This document shows, piece by piece, positions 32,356 to 48,432 of a DNA stretch of 64,000 nucleotides. A program made the translations under genes and the position numbers. The stretch is taken from the NCBI RefSeq assembly GCF_009914755.1, contig NC_060926.1, one strand, 5' to 3'. The stretch's first letter is position 1; every line of letters starts with the position of its first letter. This DNA is from the human T2T-CHM13v2.0 reference genome, Homo sapiens. The notes under the pieces are model-generated. The model was not told where the DNA came from. It ran no database searches and was given only the letters and a program-made list of their open reading frames with translations.

Positions 32356-34613
32356 TTTATTAGTCTGCTTTCGTGCTGCTAATAAAGACATACCCGAGAC
32401 TGGGCAATTTACAAAAGAAACAGTGTAAAACTTACAGTCCCATGTGGTGGGGGAAGCCTCAAAATCATGGCAAAGGGTGAAAGGCACATCTCACACGGCA
32501 ACAGACAAGAGAAGAGAGCTTGTGCAGGGAAACTCCTCCCCTTTTTAAAACCATCAGATCTCGTGAGACTTATTCACTATCATGAGAACAGCATTGGAAA
32601 GACTTGCCCCCATGATTCAATTGCCTCCCACTGGGTCCCTTCCACAACACATGAGAATTCGAGTTGAGATTTGGTTGGGGACACAGACAAACCATATCAT
32701 TCCATCCCTGGCCCCACTCAAATCTCATGTCCTCACATTTCAAAACCAGTGCCTTCCCAACAGTCCCCCAAAGTCTTAACTATTTCAGCATTAACTCGAA
32801 AGTCCACAATCCAAAGTCTCATCTGAGACAAGGCAAGTTCCTTCCGCCTGTGAGCCTGTAAAATCGAAAGCAAGTTAGTTACTTCCTAGATACAATGGGA
32901 GTACAGGTATTGGGTAAATAACACCATTCCAAATAAGAGAAATTGGCCAAAACAAAGGGGCTATAGGCCCCAGGCAAGTCCAAAATCCAGCAGGGCAGTC
33001 AAGTCTTAAAGCTCCAAAATGATCTCCTTTGACTCCCTGTCTCACCTCCAGGTCATGCTGGAGCAAGAGGTGGGTTCCCTTGGTCTTGGGCAACTCCACA
33101 TCTGCAGCTTTGCAGGGTACAGCCTCCCTCCAAGCTGCTTTCACAGGCTGGTGTTGAGTGTCTGTGGGTTTTCTAGGCAGACAATGCAAGCTGTCAGTGG
33201 ATATACCATTCTCGAGTCTGGAAGATAGTGGCCTTCTTCTCACAACTCCACTAGGTGGTGCCCCAGTAGGGGCTCTGTGTGGGTGCTCTGATCCCACATT
33301 TCCCTTCTCCACTGCCCTAGCAGAGGTTCCGCATGAGAGCACTGCCCCTGCAGCAAACTTCTGCCTGGACATCCAGGTGTTTCCATACATCCTCTGAAAT
33401 CTAGGCAAAGGTTCCCAAACCCCAATTCTTGATTTCTGTGCACTGGCAGGCTCAAAACCACATGGAAGCTGCTAAGGCTTGGGACTTGCACCCTCTGAAG
33501 CCATGGCCCAGGCTCTATGTTGGCCCCTTCCAGCCACAGCTGGAGTAGCTGGGACATAGGGCACCAAGCCCCTAGGCCACACACAGCAAGGGAACCCTGG
33601 CCCAGCCCCAAGAAACCACTTTTTCCTCCTGCACCTCTGGGCCTGTAGAGGGAAGGGCTGCCTTGAAGACCTCTGACATGTCTTGGAGACATTTTCCCCA
33701 TTGTTTGGGGATTAACATTTAGCTCCTCATTACTTATGCAAATTTCTGCTGCCAGCTTGAATTTCTTCTCAGAAAATGGGGTTTTCTTTTCTATCGCATT
33801 GTCAAGATGCAAATTTTCCAAACTCTTATGCTCTGCTTCCCTTATAAAACGGAATGCCTGTAACAGCACCCAAGTCACCTCTTGAATGGTTTGCTGCTTA
33901 GAAATTTCTTCCACTAGATAACCTAAATCATCTCTCTCAAGTTCAAAGTTCCACAAATCTCTAGGGCTGGGCAAAATGCTCCAGTCTCTCTGTTAAAAGA
34001 TAACAAGAATCACCTTTGCTGCAGTTCCCAACAAGTTTCTCATCTACATCTGAGACCCCCTCAGCCTGAATTTCATTCCCTGTATCATTATCAGCATTCG
34101 GTCAAAGCCATTCAACAAGTCTCTAGGGAGTCCCAAACTTTCTCACATTTTCCTGTCTTCTTCTGAACCCTCCAAACTGTTCCAACATCTGCCTGTTACC
34201 CAGTTCCAAAGTTGTTTCCACACTTTCAGGTATCTACAGCAGCACCCCACTCTACTGGTACCAATTTGCTGTATTAGTCTGTTCTCACGTTGCTGATAAA
34301 GACATTCCTGAGACTGGGCAATTTACATAAGAAAGAAGTTTAATGGACTGACAGTTCCACATGGCTGGGGAAGCCTCACAATCATGGCAGAAGGTAGAAG
34401 ACACATATCACACTGTGAGGGGCAAGAGAAGAGAGCTTGTGCAGGGAAACTCCCCTTTTTGAAACCATCAGATCTCGTGAGACTTATTCACTATCACGAG
34501 AACAGCATGGGAAAGGCCTGCCCACATGATTCAATTATCTCCCACTGGGTCCCTCCCACAACATATAAGATTTTAAGATGAGATTTGGGTGGGGACACAG
34601 CCAAACCATATCA
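32356..34613 (-). mobile_element. Complete THE1A MaLR provirus (LTR-internal-LTR)
   Basis: Direct LTRs at 32356-32699 and 34270-34613, ~1.57-kb internal region, 5-bp TSD ACCAG at 32351-32355 and 34614-34618. Confidence 0.93.
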
Positions 34614-34654
34614 ACCAGTTTAATATTCTGCTTTTCGAATGTATTGATATTTTC

Positions 34655-36660
<2,006 letters not shown>

Positions 36661-38452
36661 TATATTATCCTTTTAGATTTTTAATGGACATTATTTTTAA
36701 TCAATTTTAGGTTCACAGAAAAATTAAACAGAAGGTATGGAGATTTGCCATACACCACTTACCCCTCCCATTCATAGCTTCCCCGTTATCAATATTTCCC
36801 ACCATAGTGGTACATTTGTTACCTATGTCCGTAGATACTGTTTGTAAACCCTAATAGAGTTAGAGTGTTGAACATTTTATGTGTTTGGACAAACATAAAA
36901 CAATATCCACAATTAGGGCAATACTGCCCTAAAAATTCTTTATATCCTGCCTGTTTATCCTTCCTTCCTCCCCTCCTCCCAATAACCCCTGTCAACTACT
37001 GATGTTTTTATTGTCTCCGTAGCTTTGCCTTTTCTAGAATGTCATATAGTTGGAATCGTACAAAAGGTAGCCTTTTCAGACTAGCTTCTTTCATTTAGTA
37101 ATATGCATTTAGGTTTCCCCCATGTATTTTCATGCATTGATAGCTCATTTTCTTCTACATTGAATAATATTTCATTGTCTGGATATGCCACCGCTTTTTG
37201 TCCATTCACCTACTGAAGAACATTTTGGTTGCTTTCAAGTTTTGGCAATCATATGTAAACCTGCTATGAACATCTATATGTAGGTATTTATGTAGACATT
37301 AGTTTTTAACTCTTTTGGGTAAATACCAGGATCATGATTGCTCAATCATATGATAAAAGTGTGTTTAGTTTTATAAGAAATCACTAAGCAGCCTTCCAAA
37401 GTGGCTGTACAATTTTGCATTTCCACCAGCAATGAATGACAGTTCCTGTTGATCCACATCTCCACCAGAATTTGATGTTGTCTGTTGCTGGAGGTGGATG
37501 ATTCTACTGGGTGTATAGTGTTCTCTCATTGTTGTTTTAACTTGAAGTTCTTTGACGATGATGTGGAGCCTCTTTTTAAGTGCTTATTTGCTATCTGCAT
37601 GTCCTTTTTGGTGAGGTGTCTGTTAAAATGTTTGGCCTGTTGTTTAATTGGGTTGTTTTCTTATTGTTGAGTTGTAGGCATTCTTTGTATATTTTGGATA
37701 ACAGTCCCTTATCAGATAAGTCTTTTGCAAATTATTTTCTCCCAGGCCATGGCTTGCCTTTTTATTCTCTTGATGCTGTCTTTCATGGAGCAGAAATTTC
37801 TAATTTTAATGAATTCCAGCTTATTTGTTCTCTCATGGATTATGTTATTGATGTTGTATCTAAAAAGTCGTCACCAAACCCTAGGTCATCTAGATTTTGT
37901 ATTATCTTACCTTCTAGGAGTTTTGTAGTTTTGCACTTTACATTTAGGTCCGTGATCCATTAGAATTTTTTTATAAAACATGTTAGGTTTATGTCTAGCT
38001 TAATTTTTGTATATGGATGTCCACTTGTTCCAATACCATTTGTTGAAAAGTCACTCTCCATTGTATTGCCTATGCTTGTTTGTCTAAAATCAGTTGGCTA
38101 CAAATTTTGATAAGTTGTATTTCTATTTTCATTTAGCTCAAAATATTTTAAATATCTTGAGGTTTTTTTTCTTTGATGCATGTCACACTTTCTTGCAGTA
38201 TGTTGTTTAATATCCATATTTTTGGGAATTTTCTCATTTCATTCTGTTATTAATTTCTAACTTAATTCCATTGTAGTCTAAGGATAGACATTGCATAATT
38301 TCTATTCTTTTAAATTTAGAAATGTGTATTTTATGGCCTAGAATATGGTCTGTCTTACTGAGTGTTCCATGTGAAACTGAAAAGAATGTGTATTGTGCTA
38401 TTTTTGCATAAAGTAGTCTATAGATATCTATTATATACAGTTGATTGATGGT

Positions 38453-38827
38453 TGTGTTCATCTGTTTTTGCGTTGCTATGAAGAAGTTCCTGACCCTGGA
38501 TAATTTATAAAGAAAAGTGGTTATTTGGGCTTGCACCTGCTTCTGGTGAGGGCTCAGGGCACTTACAATCATGGCAGAAGGCAAAGAGGGATCCGGCAAG
38601 TCACGTGGCAAGAGAGAGCAAAGCAGGGATGTGTGGCACTCTTTTAAACAATCAGATCTCATGTGAACTCACAGCAAGAACTCACTCATCACCAAGGGCA
38701 TGTCACTAAGCCATTCATGAGGGATCTGCCCCGATGATCCAAACACCTTCCACGAGGCCTCAACACCAACACTGGGGATTACATCTCAACATGAGATTTG
38801 GGAGGGACAAACATCCAAATTATATCA
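38453..38827 (-). mobile_element. MSTB solo LTR (MaLR)
   Basis: tgtgttcatc...catccaaattatatca ends; TSD atggt/gtggt. Confidence 0.85.
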
Positions 38828-40526
38828 GTGGTGTTGTTGGATTCAACTATGTTCTTACTGATTTTCTGCCTGCTGGATCTGTCCATTTGTTACAGGATTG
38901 TTGAAGTTTCCAACCATAAAAATACATGTATCTATTTCTCCTTGCACTTTTATCAGTTTGTGCCTCTCATAGTTTGATGCTCTATTTTTAAGTATATACA
39001 CATTAAATATTGTTGTGTTGAACAACTGCATCCTTTGTCAATATGCAATACCCCTTTTACCCCTTATAAATTACCTTGCTGTCAAGTTTGCTCCATTTGA
39101 AAATAATATAGCTATTCCTGCTTTCTTTTAATTAATGTTAACATGGTATACCTTTCTTTATCCATTTACTTTTATTCTATATATCTCTTTGTATTTAAAG
39201 TGGGTTTCTTGTAGATAACATATAGTCAGGTCTTATTTTTTGATCTACTCTGACGATCTCTGTATTTAATTGGTATATTTAGACCACTGACATTCAAAGT
39301 GATTACTAATATAGTTAGATTAATATTTTTCATATTTGTTACTTTTTATATCAGTTGCTCCTGTTGTTTTTGTCTTCCACCATTCTTTTTATGCTTTTTG
39401 TGATATTAATTGAGCATTTAGTGTGATTTTATTTTCTCTCCAGTCTTAGCATATTGTACTTTTTAAAAACTTTTTTTAGTTGTTGTTCTCAAATTTGCAA
39501 TATATACTTACAACTAATCCAAGTCCACTTTCTAACAGCTCTGTACCACTTCATGGGTAGTATGGGTAGTGCAAGTACCTTATAATACATAATAATCCTA
39601 ATTCCTCCCTCCTATCCCTTGTATCATTGCTGTCATTCATTTCACTTACATATAAACATACATAAACATATAGCACATACATAAGCATATATAATCAAAT
39701 ACATTATTGCTATTATTATTTTGAATAATTATGTTAGATCAATTAAGAATAAGAAAAATAAAGATTTTTATTTAGTCTTCATTCATTCCTTCTTTGATGC
39801 TTATTCTTTCTTATGTAGATCCACCTTTCTGACCTATATCATTTTTCTTCTTTCTAAATGACTTACTTTAATATTTCTTCCAACACAATTCTACTGGCAA
39901 CAAATTTCCTCATTTTTTTAAAATCAGAGAAAGTATTTCCTCCTGACTTTTGAAGGACAGGATACATAATTCTAGTTGGTGGTATTTTCCTCTCAACACT
40001 TGTATATTTCACTTCACTCTCTTCTTGCTTGCAGGGTTTCTGATGACAAGTCAAATATAATTCTTATCTATGCTATTCATTAGGTGAGCTTGTCTGTTTC
40101 TGTTTTTAATTGCAGCTTCTTTCAGGATTTTTTCTTTAATCTTGATTTTCTGTAGTTTAAAAATAATATGACTACGTGTAGACTTTCTGACATTTATCTT
40201 GTTCAGTGTTCTCTGCGCTTTCTGGGTTTGTGGTTTGGTGTCTAACATTACTTTGCGGGAAACTCTCAGTCATTATTATTTCAAATATTTTTTCTGTTTC
40301 TTTCTCTCTATCTTCTCCTTCTGAGAGTCCCATTACATTTTTTTTTGTAAGTTGTCTCATGGTTCTGGGATATTCTGTCCTGGTTTTTTGTTTGATTTTG
40401 TTTTGTTTTGTTTGTTTTTTAATTTGGGGCATGTCTATTGAGATATTCTCAACTGAGAGGTACTTTCCTCAGCTGTATTCAGTCTATTAATAAGTCCATC
40501 AAAAACATTCTTCAATTCTGTTATAG

Positions 40527-40846
<320 letters not shown>

Positions 40847-42701
40847 ATTACCTATCTGATCTTGCATGCGCTCTTCTTTATCCATTAGGGCCCTTAGCAT
40901 ATTAATCATAGTTATTTTAAATTTCTAGTCTGATAATTCCAACGTCCCTGCCATATCTGAGTCTGACTTTGAGTTTGTCTCTTCAGATTATATTGTTTGC
41001 GTTTTATTCATAGTCAGACATGATATACTAGGTAAAAGGAATGCTGTAAATGAACCTTTAGTAGTATAGTGGTAAGGTGTTGGGGGAGAGGAAGGCTTTT
41101 ATAGTCCTATGATTAGGCTCTGGTTAAATAGTTTCTCCTTGACGGCAAACTCTGTTCAGAACATAATTCTCTAGTTTATTTCAAAATGATTCTTTTTCCC
41201 CTCTCTGACACCAAAAACGTGAGGTGACTTTTTAATTTATTTGTTGTGAAGACCAGGTAGTGCTCCTGAAGGCAAAACTTACAAAAATGTAGGGGCTCTC
41301 CTATGACTGCGTGGCCCTGGGATTTTTAAGTCTCAGAGTAGTCCACACTGGACCTCCAATAACTCCTCAAGTACAGTTCACTTTTGCCTTCTCCAGCACT
41401 GGTTCTTGTAGAGGTTACTGTTTAGAGTTTCTGCACTGGTAAGTTTTGGTTCTGTGTATTTATCTATTAGTATCTCCAATCTTGACAGCAGTTTGCCCTG
41501 TGACCTCACTTTTCTGATAGATCTAAGAAGAGTTGATTTTTCAGTTAGTTCAGCTTTTGACTTCTCAAGACTGAGTGAGGGGTAACCTCCAAGCTTATTA
41601 CATACTGGACCAGAAACTGGAAGTCTCCTTTTAAATGCTTTTAAGTGGTAAAGTTTCTTTAATTTTATTTTCTGATTGTTTGCAGCTAGTATTTAGAAAC
41701 AGTATTTATTTGGGTATATTGTATACCTTGTGAGCTTGCCATATCTACTGGGTGTATAGCTATGTTTGTGGTTTTATTAGTTATAGTAATTTTTGGACAT
41801 TGTTGAATATATGGTTATGATGGAATAATGAGAGCTGTACTTCTTCCTTGCTGATCATTTTGTCTTATATTTATTTTTCTTGCCCTATTATACTTGTAAG
41901 GCACTCTAATATGATACTAAGTGGAAGAGGTGAGAGTAGACATCATCATCTCATTCTTAATATAGAAAAAGCATTCATTTTATTGTGTGACATTAGCTGT
42001 AAGGAATTTTGTACCTGCTCTTTGTTGAGTTTCATATTAGTCTTTGTTGAGAGTTTTAATCATAAGTGAGTATTGAATGCTGCCAAGTACGTTTCTTCAG
42101 TTATTGCAATGATAAAGAACTTTTAAAAATTTTTTTAAATGATCTCTTTATTATATTGCTATATTTAAGTTTCTAATATGTTGAGATTTTTGAGTTTATG
42201 CTCAGGAGAAATATTGGTCTTTAACTTCTCTTTCTTTTAATTCCCTTGCCTGATGTTAGTATCAGGGTTAGGTAGGCTTCAAAAAAACATGTCAGGAAGT
42301 GTTTCTTCCCTCTATTTTTCTGAAAAAAATTTTAGGAAATATTGGTATTATTTCTTTATTACATCTTTGATAGAATTTACCAATGAAGTCATATACACTT
42401 GGATATTTTTCAGTGGGGAGATAATTTAAATTAAAATTACAATTCATTTACTGAATATAGAGCTATTTGTATATTTTATTTCTTGTGTTGCTTGTGATTA
42501 GTGGTATCTTTTCAAAGAATTGATTCACATCATCTGAGTTGTCTATTTACTGACAAAAAATTGATTATCAATGCTCTCTTATTTTTCCTTTTAAAATCTG
42601 CAATATCTGTAGTGACGTTCAATATTTCAGTCCTACTACTGATAATTTCTATTTTCTCCTCTATTTTAAGCAATCTTGCTAGACGTTAGCAATTTTATTA
42701 A

Positions 42702-43187
<486 letters not shown>

Positions 43188-43884
43188 TAGCACTAAAAAT
43201 GTCTGGCTAGTTACTGCTACAACTGCATTCTACAATTTAAACATGTTTTTAGCATTATCATTCACTTAAAATTTTATTTTAATTGTTTTTCTGATTTATT
43301 CTTCTACTCATGGGGTACTTTGAAATGGGTTGTTTTATTTAGAAATATTTAGAACACTTTTAGGTATCTTATTGTTACTGATTTCTAATTTAATGTAATT
43401 GTGCTCAAGGAACATACTATGTAGGAATTACTAGTTTGCTATATATATAGATGGTTTTTTAATAATAATTATTTTATGTTCACTTGAGAAGAATATGCAT
43501 TCTGTTATTAGGCTGGTGTTTTATACATGTCAACTAAGTCAAACAGATGATAATGTTTTCAAGTTTTCTACATATTCACCGATATTAGTCTGCTTATTCT
43601 GTCAAGTATGGAAAGAGATGTTAAAGCTCCCAACTATGATTGTGAATTTATTTCTTCCTTAGTTCTGAGTTTTTTAATTCAAGTGTTTAAGTTTTGTTAT
43701 TAGGTATATATGGATTTAAGAATCCTATGTCTTCTTCATAAATTGGTCCTTTTTAATCACTGTGGCATGCACCATTTTATATCCTACACACTCTTAACCT
43801 CAAAGTCTACTTTTTCTGACATCAATATAGCCACATTAGTTTTCCCATTCTTAGTGTCTTCATGACACATGTTTTAAATGTACT

Positions 43885-45869
43885 TTTTATTTTTAATTGT
43901 TGTGGGAATAAAATAGGTGTATATATTTACGGGGTACATGAAATATTTTGGTACAGGCATGCGATGCGTAGTAATCACATCATGGAAAATTATGTATGAT
44001 CAGGGGAACCCGCCCCCGATAATTCAATGTGAGTCCTTTTCTATTTTCCCTAAGTGTTGGCCGGTCTGAGAAATAAAGGGAAAGATTACAAATGAGAGAA
44101 ATTTTAAAGCTGGGTGTCCAGGGGAGACATCACATGTCGGCAGGTTCCGTGATGCTCCCCAAGCCGCAAAACCAACAAGTTTTTATTAGTGATTTTCAAA
44201 AGGGGAGGGAGCGTACAAATAGGGTGTGGGTCACAGAGATCACATGCTTCACAAGGTAATAAAATATCACAAGACAAATGGAGGCAGGGCAAGATCACAG
44301 GACCGGGGCAAAATTAAAATTGCTAATGAAGTTTCGGGCACGCATTGTCATTGATAACCTCTTATCAGGAGACAGGGTTTGAGAGCAGACAAGCAGTCTG
44401 ACCAAAATTTATTAGGCAGGAATTTCCTCATCCTAATAAGCCTGGGAGCACTATGGGAGACTGGGGCTTATTTCATCCCTTATCCACAACTATAAAAGAC
44501 GGACGTCCCCAGAACGGCCATTTTAGAGGCCTACCCCTAGGAACACATTCTCTTTCTCAGGGCTGTTCCTTGCTGAGAAAAAGAATTCAGTGATATTTCT
44601 CCTATTTGCTTTTGAAAGAAGAGATGGCTCTGTTCCACCCAGCTCTCAGGCAGCCAGACCTAATGGTCATTTCCCTTATTCTCTGAACATCACTGTTATC
44701 CTGTTCTTTTTTGAAGGTGCCCAGATTTCATATTGTTTAAACAATTTGTGCAGTTAATGCAATCATCACAGGGTCCTGAGGTGACATTCATCCTCAGCTT
44801 ACGAAGATGATGGGATTAAGAGATTAAAGTAAAGACAGGCATAGGAAATCACAAGAGTATTGATTGGGGAAGTGATAAATGTCCATGAAATCTTCACAAT
44901 TTATGTTCAGAGATTGCAGTAAAGACAGGCGTAAGAAATTATAAAAGTATTAATTTGGGGAACTAATAAATGTCCATGAAATCTTCACAATTTATGTTCT
45001 TCTGCCATGGCTTCAGCCGGTCCCTCCATCCGGGGTCCCTGACTTCCTTCAACAGTGTATCCATTCCCTCAAGCATTTATCCTTTGTGTTAAAAACAACC
45101 CAATTATGCTATTTTATTTTTAAATGTACAATTAAATTATTATTGACTATAGTCCCCCTGTTGTGCTGTCAAATAGTTCCTATTAATTCTTTCTAACTTT
45201 TTTTGGACCCATTAACCATCTTCACTTCCCTCCCTGACAACACCACACTATGCTTCTCAGCCTCTGATAACCATCCTTTTACCGTCTATGTCCATGAGTT
45301 CAATGCTTTGGTTTTTAGATCCCACAAACAAGTGAGAACATGCGGAGTTTGTCTTTCTGTACCTGGCTTATTTCACTTCACATAGTGACCTCCATTTTCA
45401 TCCATGTTGTTGTAAATGACAGAATCTCATTAATTTTCATGGCTGAATACTACTCCATTGTGTATAAGCACCACATTTTCTTTATCCATTTATCTGTTGA
45501 TGGACATTTAGGTTGCTTCCAAATCTTGGCTATTGTGAAGAAGGCTGCAATAAACATGAGAGCGCAGATATCTCTTCAATACATTGATTTCCCTTTTTTG
45601 AGGAAATATACCCAGCAGTGGGATTGTTGGATAGTATGGTAGCTCTATTTTTAGTTTTTTGAGGAACCCCAAACTGTTCTCCATAGTAAATATACTAATT
45701 TACATATTTACTTACAGTGTACTAGGGTTCTCTTTTCTCCACAACCTCACCAGCCTTTATTAATGCCTGGCTTTTGGATTGGGTGACATGATATCTCATT
45801 ACAGTTCTGATTTGCATTTCTCTGATGATCAGTGATGGTGAGCACTTTTTCATATGCCTGTTTGCCATT
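43885..45869 (-). mobile_element. L1MA (MA1/MA2-like) 3' portion, split by MER11
   Basis: ggtgtatatatttacggggtacatgaaatattttggtacaggcatg...; resumes at gtatccattccctcaagcatttatcc after the LTR. Confidence 0.8.
43998..45054 (-). mobile_element. MER11 solo LTR (HERV-K11/HML-8)
   Basis: End matches the reverse complement of tgttg..ggaagtcagggacccc; ~1.06 kb with internal tandem duplication at 44830-45000; 6-bp TSD atgtat/gtgtat. Confidence 0.9.
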
Positions 45870-45894
45870 TGATATGGTTTGGCTGTGTCAACCA

Positions 45895-48432
45895 TATGTT
45901 GAACTGGCCTTGCATCCCAGGGATGAAGCCAACTTGATCATGGTGGATAAGCTTTTTGATGTGCTGCTGGATTCGGTTTGCCAGTATTTTATTGAGGATT
46001 TTCGTGTCGATGTTCATCAGGGATATGGGCCTGAAATTTTCTTTTTTTGTTGTTTCTCTGCCAGGTTTCAGTATCAAGATGATTCTGGCCTCATAAAATG
46101 AGTTAGGGAGGAGTCCCTCTTTTTCTATTGTTTGGAATAGTTTCAGAAGGAATGGTACCAACTCCTGTTTGTACTTCTGGTAGAATTCGGCTGTGAATCT
46201 GTCTGGTCCTGGGCTTGTTTTGGTTGGTAGGCTATTAATTACTGCCTCAATTTCAGAGCCTGTTATTGGTCTATTCAGGGATTCAACTTCTTCCTGGTTT
46301 AGTCTTGGGAGGGTGTATATGTCCAGCAATTTATCCATTTCATCTAGATTTTTTATTTGATTTGCTGAGAGATGTTTATAATATTCTCTGATGGTAGCTT
46401 GTATTGCTGTGGGATCAGTGGTGAGCTCCCCTTTATTGTTTTTTATTGTGTCTATTTGATTCTTCTCTCTTTTCTTCTTTATTAGTCTGGCTAGCAATCT
46501 ATCTATTTTGTTAATCTTTTCAAAAAACAAGCTGCTGGATTCATTGATTTTTGAAGGGCTTTTCGTGTCTCTATCTCCTTCAGTTCTGCTCTGATCTTAG
46601 TTATTTCTTGTCTTCTGCTAGCTTTTGAATTTGTTTGCTCTTGCTTCTCTAGTTCTTTTAATTGTGATGTTAGGGTGTCAATTTTTAGTGCTATAAACTT
46701 CCCTCTAAACACTGTTTTATCTGTGTCACAGAGATTCTGGTATATTGAGTCTTTGTTCTCACTAGTTTCAAAGAGCTTATTTATTTCTGCCTTAATTTTA
46801 TTATATACCCAGTAGTCATTCAGGAGCAAGTTGTTTAGTTTCCATGTAGTTGTGTGGTTTTAAGTGAGTTTTTTAATCTTGAGTTCTAATTTAATTGCAC
46901 TGTGGTCTGAGAGACTGTTTGTTATGATTTCCATTCTTTTGTATTTGCTGAGGAGTGTTTTACTTCCCATTATGTGGTCAATTTTAGAATAAGGATGATG
47001 TGGTGCTGAGAATGTATACACTGTTGATTTGGGGTGGAGAGTTCTGTAGATGTCTATTAGGTCTGCTTTGTCCAGAGCTGAGTTCAAGTCCTGAATATCC
47101 TTGTTAACTTTCTGTCTCGTTGATCTGTCTACTATTGACAGTGGGGTGCTAAATTCCCCCACTATTATTGTGTGGGAGAACTTACTTTAGAACTTACTTT
47201 ATGAATCTGGGTGCTCCTGTATTGGGTGCATGTATATTTAGGATAGTTGGCTCTTCTTGTTGAATTGATCCCTTTACCATTATGTAGTGGATGTCCTTTT
47301 TGTTGATGTTAATGCTATTCCTTTCTGTTTGTTAGTTTTCCTTCTAACAGTCAGGCCCCTCTGCTGCAGGTGTGCTGGAGTTTGCTGGAGGTCCACTCCA
47401 GTCCCTGTTTGCCTAGGTATCACCAGTGGAGGCTGCAGAACAGCAGAGATTGCTGCCTGTTCCTTCCTCTGGAAGCTTCATCCCAGAGGGGCACCTGCCA
47501 GATGCCAGCTGGAGCTATCCTGTATGAGGTGTCTGTTGACCCCTGCTGGGAGGTGTCTCCCAGGCAGGAGGCAGGCGGTTCAGGGAACCACTTGAGGAGG
47601 CAGTCATGTCCCTTAACAGAGCTTGAACGCTGTCCTTGGAGATGCGCTACTCTCTTCAGAGCCAGCAGTCAGGAATGTTTAAGTCTGCTGAAGCTGCTCC
47701 CACAGCTGCCCCTTCCCCCAGGTACTCTGTCCCAGGGAGTTGGGGATTTTATCTATAAGCCCCTGACTGGGGCTGCTGCCTTTCTTTCAGAGATGCCCTG
47801 CCCCAAGAGGAGGAATCTAGAGAGGCAGTCTGGCTACAGCAGCTTTGCCTAGCTGTGGTACCCAGCGGCTTTGTTTACCCTGTGAGGGAAAAACCACCTA
47901 CTCAAGCCTCAGTAATGGTGGACGTCCCTTCCCTTACCAAGTTTGAGCATCCCAGGTCGACTTCAGAGTGCTGTGCTGGCAGCGAGAATTTCAAGCCAAT
48001 GGATCTTAGTTTGCTGGGTTCCATGGGGGTGGGATCTGCTGAGCTAGACCACTTGGCTCCCTGGCTTCAGCCCCCTTTCCAGGGGAGTGAACGGTTCTGT
48101 CTCGTTGGCATTCCAGGTGCCAACTGGAGTATGAAAATAAAACTCCTGCAGCTAGCTCAGTGTCTGCCCAAACAGCTGCCCAGTTTCGTGCTTGAAACGA
48201 AGGGCCTTCTCTTGGCCAGGGGAGGGAGTTCTTGACCCCTTACACTTCCCACGTGAGGCAATGCCCCACCCTTCTGCTCGCCCTCCGTGGGCTGCACCCA
48301 CTGTCTTACCAGTCCCAATGAGATGAGATGAGTAACCCAGTTGGAAATGCAGATATCACCCGCCTTCTGCATAGATCTCGCTGGAGCTGCAGACCGGAGC
48401 TGTTCCCATTCAACCATCTTGCCAGTCCCCTC
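45895..48432 (-). mobile_element. Older primate L1PA (PA7/PA8-like): 5'UTR joined to ORF2 EN/Z region; ORF1 and 3' half missing
   Basis: 5'UTR at ~47288-48432 (aagatgg...gaacagctccggtctgcagctcc on the - strand); ORF2 peptides at 45850-47162. Confidence 0.85.

Noticed and set aside
32875-33974. 177-aa and 244-aa minus-strand ORFs
   Set aside because: Frameshifted remnants of the THE1 internal ORF.
44830-45000. Tandem ~90-bp duplication resembling an array
   Set aside because: Intrinsic feature of MER11 LTRs; not CRISPR-like or locus-specific.
45645-45654. Perfect MEF2 motif CTATTTTTAG
   Set aside because: Part of ordinary L1MA sequence and therefore present in many copies; no supporting motif cluster.
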